Shown piece by piece: positions 57,736 to 64,000 of a stretch of 64,000 bases of DNA (positions are counted from its first letter, which is position 1; each line of letters begins with the position of its first letter). The position numbers and the translations under genes are program-made. The notes beneath the pieces were generated by a model. The model did no database searches, was not told the DNA's origin, and saw only the letters and a program-made list of their open reading frames with translations. The DNA lies in contig JBMFUT010000001.1 in assembly GCA_049966395.1 (NCBI GenBank), positions 30,816 through 94,815 on the forward strand, given 5' to 3'. Source of the DNA: Candidatus Micrarchaeia archaeon (GTDB lineage Archaea; Micrarchaeota; Micrarchaeia; Micrarchaeales; CABMGC01).

Positions 57736-58149
57736 ATGAGATTTTTGGCATGGCATGTTGATTATTTCAAGGCGCAGCCAGCGGATTCCGGAAGGTCTTC
57801 AATAATAGAAGAAGCCCAGCCGGTATCGGTAGAAGAGTCGCTGCTCGTTTTCGCTAGCTTCGAGAAGGGCGACGAGCAGAAAGAAATCGACATAACAGAC
57901 AGGGCCGCACTAGAAATACAGCGCATAGCTGCGCAGCTCGGCGTTTCATCGATAGTGCTCAACCCGTTTGCCCATCTATTCGGCGAACTAGCGAGCCCCG
58001 AAGCCGCGAGGAGCATGCTTGACATGCTCTACAAAAAGCTAAGCGACAGGAATTTCAAAGTTTACAAGCTTGCATTCGGAAAGTTCTACGAGATAGAGCT
58101 GAAGGCAAAGGGCCACAAGCTTGCGAGGATAGCGAGGAGCATAAGCTAG
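57736..58149 (+). CDS. Free-standing archaeal ThrRS N-terminal editing domain (tRNA-Thr-ED family)
   Basis: 137 aa from ATG 57736. MRFLAWHVDYF, EESLLVFASFEKGDE, IVLNPFAHLFGELASP and LAFGKFYEIELKAKGHKLARIARSI align block by block with the Pyrococcus ThrRS editing domain ([63 protein letters not shown]). Confidence 0.8.
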   Translation: MRFLAWHVDYFKAQPADSGRSSIIEEAQPVSVEESLLVFASFEKGDEQKEIDITDRAALEIQRIAAQLGVSSIVLNPFAHLFGELASPEAARSMLDMLYKKLSDRNFKVYKLAFGKFYEIELKAKGHKLARIARSIS

Positions 58150-58155
58150 GGCTCT

Positions 58156-59304
58156 CTACTCTACTTTTGATATGTCAGCCTTTCCCTTCAAATAGAGATA
58201 TACAGCAGCATACGCAGGCAGAACAACATCTGCATTCTCATATGGACCGAAGGATTCGCCTCCCATAGCGAAGCCCTCTGATCTCGCAATGTGCGCCTTG
58301 ATATCTGGGCCCCTTATGGCTATAGCCTCTTTCATTGGCTCAAATTTTTCTAGAGCAGCCTTCGAACCTATTTTCTTCGCTATGAGCCCCGTCTCGCCGT
58401 GAAGCGTGTTTGGCAACCTTATCAGATGCGAAGGATCCGCAGTGACGTTCTTGTCTATCTTGTCGCTTTGCGCTATGGCCTGCGCTTTGAGTATGCTAGA
58501 CCAGAAGTCGTTCTTGTTCTTTATGTAGACCATGTCCCAATTTCCGTTCTTTATACCCATCTCTACCAAGGTCCTCTTGTTGTAGAGCTTCGCTGCTATC
58601 TGCCTGTCCACACCAAGTGAAATCAGCGCATCCTTGCCTCCCTCAAGCGCGCTTATGAAATTTCTCGCGAACTTGCCCCTCCATCCGTAGTCTGTTGGCT
58701 TTGGCCCCATGAGCATTTTGCCCTTCTGCCCAGCCGTCGGGAAAAGCTCGCTGTAGCTCAGCCCCACTCCAGCAATGTAGTTGCCTATCTGCCTCCTCGC
58801 GTTTGCGTCAAGCCCCCTAACCGCTTCGCTTTTGACGTGAAGGTGGTAACCCCTGTTTCCGCTGAAGTTTATCTCTATCTCTTTTTCTGAGAAGCCGAAT
58901 TCAGGAACAAGGAATTCCTCTATGAGCTTCGCAGCCTCATTCTTGACGTTGGCGAAGCAGTTATCGCACACCCAGTCCCTGCCGTGAACCTTCTGGCACG
59001 GCAAGTCCATGTCAGTCACGTCTATGTCGAATACAAGCTCTGAACCTAGCCACCCCTTAGCTTCCATTGGCGTTGCGTCAGGCTTGCTGTAATATGCTGT
59101 TGAATATGAAACATGCATTGGCGCCGTCCTCTGCATAAAAGAAAGCAGTCCCTCCTCGCCCTTGAAAGAGAGGTGCCTCTCGGCTATCTTCCTCTCGAAA
59201 GTGCCGTAGCCAAACTCCCTGTGCGCAATGTCGTCTGGCGCTATTCCTTTGGCAGTGCTGTAATAGTCGCTTACCTTATGCGATATGAAGGATCGGATGT
59301 CCAT
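58156..59304 (-). CDS. priS: DNA primase small (catalytic) subunit PriS
   Basis: Catalytic ELVFDIDV and SGNRGYHLHV, and zinc knuckle CQKVHGRDWVCDNC. The likely ATG is at 59304 (MDIRSFISHK). Confidence 0.9.
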   Translation of the reverse strand: MDIRSFISHKVSDYYSTAKGIAPDDIAHREFGYGTFERKIAERHLSFKGEEGLLSFMQRTAPMHVSYSTAYYSKPDATPMEAKGWLGSELVFDIDVTDMDLPCQKVHGRDWVCDNCFANVKNEAAKLIEEFLVPEFGFSEKEIEINFSGNRGYHLHVKSEAVRGLDANARRQIGNYIAGVGLSYSELFPTAGQKGKMLMGPKPTDYGWRGKFARNFISALEGGKDALISLGVDRQIAAKLYNKRTLVEMGIKNGNWDMVYIKNKNDFWSSILKAQAIAQSDKIDKNVTADPSHLIRLPNTLHGETGLIAKKIGSKAALEKFEPMKEAIAIRGPDIKAHIARSEGFAMGGESFGPYENADVVLPAYAAVYLYLKGKADISKVE

Positions 59305-59373
59305 CTCATCAGCATTAGACAAAAGTAATATACCATAAAAACCTTTTAAAATCTCCCATGGCAAGGTAGTAGC

Positions 59374-59916
59374 ATGCCCGCAGAAAAGCAAATGAAACAA
59401 ACAGTCGCGCTGGACTTTGACGACACTTTTGCCAATACGACATCAAGGATAGGAAGCATTAGGGACAGCGTCATCTCCACCGCAATAAAAAACATTTCGT
59501 ACAATTTTGCAGAGATGCTCCACATAGGCAAGCACAGGATAGAGCGCGTCGTTCTGGAAAAGGGCACCAAGCTAGAATTCAACAGCGAAATACTTGCCCT
59601 TGTCAGAGAGGGCAAATACGACTTTTACATTAGCACAATGAACGGCGAGACCGAAGCGATAAACAACCTGCTATCAGAGGAGGGCATACCTTTGCGCGCA
59701 GTGAAGAGCAATGACATAATAAAAAGCTCCGCACCAATACTGGTAGACAACAACATCACGACAGTGCTGAGCAGGCACCGTCGCGGAATGCCCACTGTAC
59801 TTTGGGTTAACGATTTCAATTCTCTCTTCGCGCCTTTATTGAGGCGCATCGGCATACCTACCGCAAGCAACAAGGAAGAGCTTTCAAATGCTTTGGACAA
59901 AATTGCGAGAGGATAG
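59374..59916 (+). CDS. Hypothetical protein, possibly HAD-like (DxDxT at the N-terminus)
   Basis: VALDFDDTFANT near the N-terminus. Other HAD motifs are not clear. An alternative start is ATG 59392. Confidence 0.4.
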   Translation: MPAEKQMKQTVALDFDDTFANTTSRIGSIRDSVISTAIKNISYNFAEMLHIGKHRIERVVLEKGTKLEFNSEILALVREGKYDFYISTMNGETEAINNLLSEEGIPLRAVKSNDIIKSSAPILVDNNITTVLSRHRRGMPTVLWVNDFNSLFAPLLRRIGIPTASNKEELSNALDKIARG

Positions 59917-60044
59917 CTCCTCGCAGATTCTAAATATTTTTGGCTTCTGTTTCTGCATCTCAATGGATGGCTTTGCGGTGAGCATTTTTAAAACACAAGC
60001 AAATGTATTTTAAATATTATGCTCAAAAAAGTAGTGATGATTCG

Positions 60045-60614
60045 ATGGGACTATTGCTTGATGGTACCATAGGCATAATACTGCTTGTAGTAGTAATAGC
60101 ATTTGTAATAATATACAACACCCTCGTGTCGCTCAAGAGGAATGCGGATAAGGCATGGGCCAACATAGATGTGCTTCTGCAGAAGAGGCATGACGCGCTC
60201 ACAAAGCTGATTGACACCGTCAGCTCGTACATGAAGTACGAAAAAGGTCTGATGACGCAGATAACCCAGCTTAGGAGCCAGTGGATGAACATACCACAAA
60301 ACGACGTGCAGTCAAAAATCAACACCTCAAACCAGATATCGGCTGCGCTAAAGTCTATTTTTGCTGTCGCAGAGAACTACCCTGACCTGAAAGCAAACAA
60401 CAGCTTCATGCAGCTGCAGCAATCGATAATGGAACTGGAGTCGCAGATAGCCGATGCTAGGGAATTCTACAATGACAGCGTCACGCAGTTCAACATAAGG
60501 ATGAACCAGATACCGTACAACATATTTGCCGGCATGCTAGGTTACAAGGTTTTGCCTCTCTTCCAGGTGCCGCCTGAGGAGAAAGCAGATGTAAAAATAG
60601 ACCTGAATGCGTGA
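60045..60614 (+). CDS. LemA family membrane protein
   Basis: A single N-terminal TM helix, then YNTLVSLKRNADKAWANIDVLLQKRHDAL, AVAENYPDLKANNSF, REFYNDSVTQFN. ATG 60045 lies about 25 nt downstream of the TATA-like TTTAAATATTA. Confidence 0.85.
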   Translation: MGLLLDGTIGIILLVVVIAFVIIYNTLVSLKRNADKAWANIDVLLQKRHDALTKLIDTVSSYMKYEKGLMTQITQLRSQWMNIPQNDVQSKINTSNQISAALKSIFAVAENYPDLKANNSFMQLQQSIMELESQIADAREFYNDSVTQFNIRMNQIPYNIFAGMLGYKVLPLFQVPPEEKADVKIDLNA

Positions 60615-62676
60615 TCTTATGTCGAAGCACCAAGTTGGCAAGGTCTCAGCTATTTTCGACCTTACGCCAGTTGGCAAAGGCATTGCCGTTTCGATGCGGT
60701 TATCGGAGCCGATAAGCATTGGCGACAAAATCACATTCGACGGCTGGCAGGAAGGAATAGTTTACAACGTCGACAATCTAACTCAAAACCACAAGAAGGT
60801 AGCATCTGCTGCCCCAGGGCTCGCAGCGGTAACCTTACCATATCCCGTTGCTATGGGCTCTAACGTCTACAAGATTGTAGAAGATGAAGCTCCGCAGGCT
60901 AACCAAAGCGATGATCAAGGCGCAGCCAACGCCTCACAGCATACACAAGCAGACGCAGGCGGAGTGATACCTATTGTATTAGGCACTGCCGCGGCCGGAT
61001 CAGCACAAACACAAAATCAGGCACCAGAGAATGCGGCTCCGCAGCAGTCCCAGCAACCGCAGCAAAGCGTCAGCGCTATCCAAGGAAACTTTTCCGTCAA
61101 AGGAATGTTCGCCGGACCGCGATTTTCATCAGCAGGCTCAAACCTCATGCAACAGATAAATCTTGCTGCAACCTCGACCGAATTCCTGCAATACAGCCCT
61201 AAATACGTAGCTAATATAAAGGCAAAGAGCATGAGCTATTGGCTCTGGTACACAATAGTGTTTCTTGTGCTTATTGTGCCACTTGGCATAGTAGGCGAAG
61301 CTTACCAGAACTCAAACCCGCCAACATCACTTGTGCTGATAACTCTTTTCGCGGAGCTTCTAGTTGCTGGAGGCATATTGATGTACATTGGCTTCAAGGA
61401 GTTCTCACTTGAGCAGACGCTTTCCTCCACGCCTGTCTCGAAGATTCACATAGCGACTTACGGCCTAAACAAGATGCAAGGGAAGTTTGCTCCACACAAT
61501 GCGCAGCCGCTGAAATCTCCTATAAGCGGCGCAGAGTGTGCATATTACTCTATAGGAATATATGCAGCATTCTGGCAGAGCTCTGGCAGGAGCAGGTATC
61601 TTGTTGTAGAGCCGGTAGGTGCGATAGGCAAGGGCGTCCCTACCCTATTCGCTGACGACAGCGGCTACCTTGCAATAGACATGATCAAAGCGCCAAACCT
61701 CGAAGTCATCTCTAATGCATTCGAAATAAACAAAAGAGGCATTGGCGCTGCCTTGGTCAGGGAAATTTCAGGAGGTATAGCATACATAACCCAAGGCAAA
61801 CAGCTGGCAAACGAGCTGCTGCCAAAAATTACTGATGCTGCAAACAGCAACTCCACAGTAGATCTTTCTCAGTTGCAAGGATTCAATATCAAGCCCTATT
61901 TCAGCAACAGGATTATAGACTTCAAAGGGAAGCTGACTAACTACTTCCATCTTAACGCGCTTCAAAATTTCGCATTCTTCCTGTTAGAACAATACATACC
62001 AGTCAATTCAGATTATACTTGCCTCGGCGCCGCCGCAGACATAAATAAAAGCATTGAAGGCAAGCCTGTAAAGGTGCTCGTGCCAGAACAGCAAAGAGGC
62101 ATAATGGCTGTAAAAGCAGGTCAGGCACAGAACGCCACCAAGGGCATAGGCAAGCGCACCATTATCAATCTCGCTATAGGAGTAATCTTTGCCATAGCAG
62201 CATTTTATGTTCTTTCAGTTTATATCGGAATGCCTTCCGCAGCATCAACAAACGTGGTCACATCGCTAGCAACTACAACAGTTCTACCATCGCAGCCTTC
62301 AGCAGGTCAGCTGTCGACAACAACGCCTTCTACAACCGTGCCACAGGCAGCCGGAGCGCTGTCGGCGCAAGGTTCATGCAACGGCTTCTCAATTTCTGAA
62401 GCAGCATTCAGTACCGCAGAGAACAGCTCATGCTCTTGGAATGGCGGCAACGTCACAATTTATGCAGGCGGTGGCAATTCAGGATATGTATCAGTGAATA
62501 TAGTAGGCGCAGACGGCAAGACCTATTTCAGCAAAGGCACAAATAACTGGTGCTCAGCGCAAATAGGCAGCGTATACCTTCCTCCGCAGAACTACACAAT
62601 TTCTATAATGTCAGGCAGGGGAGGAGGTGCATGCAGCACAAACCCAAACGCTGTGGTTTCGATTTCAGCAAGCTAG
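60607..62676 (+). CDS. Large mosaic membrane protein: EF-Tu-domain-2-like beta-barrel, Q-rich linker, 2 TM, GIDE-like domain (tentative), TM, S/T-rich linker, 4-Cys C-terminal domain
   Basis: The N-terminus GKVSAIFDLTPVGKGIAVSMRLSEPISIGDKITFDG...GSNVYKIV matches the small EF-Tu-D2-like barrel pattern. The central LKSPISGAECAYYSIGIY region resembles GIDE-family proteins that accompany LemA. The start overlaps the LemA stop by 8 nt (an alternative ATG is at 60619). Confidence 0.55.
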   Translation: MRDLMSKHQVGKVSAIFDLTPVGKGIAVSMRLSEPISIGDKITFDGWQEGIVYNVDNLTQNHKKVASAAPGLAAVTLPYPVAMGSNVYKIVEDEAPQANQSDDQGAANASQHTQADAGGVIPIVLGTAAAGSAQTQNQAPENAAPQQSQQPQQSVSAIQGNFSVKGMFAGPRFSSAGSNLMQQINLAATSTEFLQYSPKYVANIKAKSMSYWLWYTIVFLVLIVPLGIVGEAYQNSNPPTSLVLITLFAELLVAGGILMYIGFKEFSLEQTLSSTPVSKIHIATYGLNKMQGKFAPHNAQPLKSPISGAECAYYSIGIYAAFWQSSGRSRYLVVEPVGAIGKGVPTLFADDSGYLAIDMIKAPNLEVISNAFEINKRGIGAALVREISGGIAYITQGKQLANELLPKITDAANSNSTVDLSQLQGFNIKPYFSNRIIDFKGKLTNYFHLNALQNFAFFLLEQYIPVNSDYTCLGAAADINKSIEGKPVKVLVPEQQRGIMAVKAGQAQNATKGIGKRTIINLAIGVIFAIAAFYVLSVYIGMPSAASTNVVTSLATTTVLPSQPSAGQLSTTTPSTTVPQAAGALSAQGSCNGFSISEAAFSTAENSSCSWNGGNVTIYAGGGNSGYVSVNIVGADGKTYFSKGTNNWCSAQIGSVYLPPQNYTISIMSGRGGGACSTNPNAVVSISAS

Positions 62677-62714
62677 CAAAGAAGTAATAAAAAACTTAAC
62701 TGCCATTTACTCAC

Positions 62715-63080
62715 ATGCAGCTCAAGGACGAAATAAAGCAGGTAATAATAGTAAGGACCGACATAGAGATGGGCAAGGGCAAAATTGCCGCGCAGGCAGC
62801 CCACGCCTCGCTGATGAGCTATTTTGAGGCAGAGAAAAAAGACAAGAAGATTGCGGAAGCATGGCTTGCCTCAGGGGAAAAGAAGATAGTCCTGAAGGCA
62901 GAAAACATCGAAGTCCTGAAGAAGCTGCATGATGCATTCAAGTACAAGGGCGTCCCGTGCGCACTGGTTACAGATGCGGGCTTGACAGAGCTTCCGCCGG
63001 GCACTATAACTGCACTTGGCATAGGCCCGTGGCACAGCGTAGAGATAGACGCCTTTACGTCTACGCTAAAGCTGCTTTGA
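62715..63080 (+). CDS. pth2: Peptidyl-tRNA hydrolase, archaeal type (Pth2)
   Basis: VIIVRTDIEMGKGKIAAQAAHAS...VTDAGLTELPPGTITALGIGP; 121 aa. Confidence 0.9.
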   Translation: MQLKDEIKQVIIVRTDIEMGKGKIAAQAAHASLMSYFEAEKKDKKIAEAWLASGEKKIVLKAENIEVLKKLHDAFKYKGVPCALVTDAGLTELPPGTITALGIGPWHSVEIDAFTSTLKLL

Positions 63081-63082
63081 AA

Positions 63083-63994
63083 TTACACATAAGTTAGCCA
63101 TTCACTAAACTCTTTGCTGTTCCCGTGAACCACGTTGTAGTAGTTTGTGCTTAAGAGCTTTGTTACTGGACCTATCCCTTTGCCTATGGCTCTTGAATCT
63201 ATGGATATAATAGGCGTTATCTCGGCCGCGGTGCCAGCGAAGAAAGCCTCGTCGCATATGTACGCTTCCTCCTTGTGAACCTCCCTTTCTTCAGTGTCTA
63301 AGCCTATGCTCTCAGCAATTTTTATTATGCTATCCCTTGTTATTCCGAGCAGTATGTCCGCGCTTCTCGAAGGTGTCACAAGCTTACCGCTCTCTACGAA
63401 AAATATATTCTCTCCCGGGCCTTCCGCAATGTAACCATTTGTAGAAGTCAGGATCGCCTCATCTGCGCCAGCGTTCTTGGCCTCTATCGAGGCAATGACT
63501 GAGTTGGCGTAGTTGCCGCTAGCCTTTGCCAACGGCGGCAGTATCGACGAATTTATCCTGTGCCACGAAACTATCTTGCACTTTACCCCTTTGTCCTTGT
63601 TTGCAAAATAGCTGCCGAAAGGCACCGCTACTATCGCAACGCTTACTTTCTTTCCGGTTACATTGAGACCTATATTGTCATCGTTGTAAAACGCAAAAGG
63701 TCTTATATACGCCTCATTCAGGCCATTTTTTCTTACCGATTCAACTATGGCGTCGCCTATTTCTTTTTCAGAATACCCAAGGTTCATGTTATAGATTTTT
63801 GCTGTATTGAAGAACCTCTTCACGTGTTCTTCAAGCCTGAATATTGCAGTCCCTTTTTTGGTTGAATATGCGCGTATTCCTTCGAATATGCCGCTGCCGT
63901 ATTGCAACGAGTGCGTAAGTATAGGCACCTTTGCGTCTGCATAACTGACAAACTTGCCGTCAAGCCACACCTTCATGTTTCCTTTTTGCGCCAT
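63083..63994 (-). CDS. ilvE: Branched-chain amino acid aminotransferase (fold-type IV PLP enzyme)
   Basis: LQYGSGIFEGIRAY, YIRPFAF, EGPGENIFFV, GITRDS; 303 aa. Complete within the window. Confidence 0.9.
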   Translation of the reverse strand: MAQKGNMKVWLDGKFVSYADAKVPILTHSLQYGSGIFEGIRAYSTKKGTAIFRLEEHVKRFFNTAKIYNMNLGYSEKEIGDAIVESVRKNGLNEAYIRPFAFYNDDNIGLNVTGKKVSVAIVAVPFGSYFANKDKGVKCKIVSWHRINSSILPPLAKASGNYANSVIASIEAKNAGADEAILTSTNGYIAEGPGENIFFVESGKLVTPSRSADILLGITRDSIIKIAESIGLDTEEREVHKEEAYICDEAFFAGTAAEITPIISIDSRAIGKGIGPVTKLLSTNYYNVVHGNSKEFSEWLTYV

Positions 63995-64000
63995 GCAATC

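Noticed and set aside
1-64000. Window-wide look for CRISPR arrays, long direct or inverted repeats, transposases, rRNA, RNase P RNA or SRP RNA
   Set aside because: Reading by eye showed no repeat-spacer periodicity, no IS-like termini and none of the conserved RNase P or SRP motifs. A computational repeat scan would be needed to exclude short dispersed repeats.

Overview
This is a very gene-dense archaeal chromosomal segment. I count about 60 protein genes and 5 tRNA genes. Most intergenic gaps are under 20 nt and several gene pairs share 4-nt start/stop overlaps.

The content is almost entirely housekeeping:
- Metabolism: ADP-forming acetyl-CoA synthetase, aconitase, isocitrate dehydrogenase, RibB, IlvE, CDP-archaeol synthase.
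- Replication and repair: Mre11, GINS, gyrase B/A, Lhr helicase, RadA, RNase HII, family-B DNA polymerase, FEN1, PriS, NrdR plus a class II ribonucleotide reductase.
- Transcription and translation: an L44e-aIF2alpha-PAC2 cluster, TFE, MBF1, LSm, the rpoH-B''-B'-A'-A'' RNA polymerase operon, AlaRS, MetAP, diphthine synthase, Pth2, prefoldin beta.
- Envelope: a site-2 protease, LemA and several exported or membrane proteins.

Split RpoA/RpoB, bacterial-type gyrase, TCA enzymes and tRNAs with non-canonical introns fit a small-genome euryarchaeal or DPANN (Micrarchaeota/ARMAN-like) lineage. That placement is inference only.

I found no CRISPR array, cas operon, integrase, transposase, rRNA or recognisable defence island, so I cannot point to a clear novel multi-gene system.

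The observations most worth a second look are:
1. An RNase HII gene whose catalytic N-terminus lies upstream of any canonical start codon, directly after an in-frame TAA.
2. Unusual tRNAs: a tRNA-Ala with a 27-nt T-loop intron, a tRNA-Gly-like gene with 11 extra nt between the D and anticodon arms, and two tRNAs with C instead of U at T-loop position 55.
3. A free-standing ThrRS editing domain.
4. A LemA gene coupled to a large mosaic membrane protein (EF-Tu-domain-2-like barrel, GIDE-like core, Cys-containing exodomain).
5. A class III (pilin-type) signal peptide fused to a YVTN beta-propeller, together with a VKOR homologue.
6. An NrdR repressor with two correctly spaced NrdR boxes.

All protein calls rest on motif recognition in the supplied translations. 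No database search was run.
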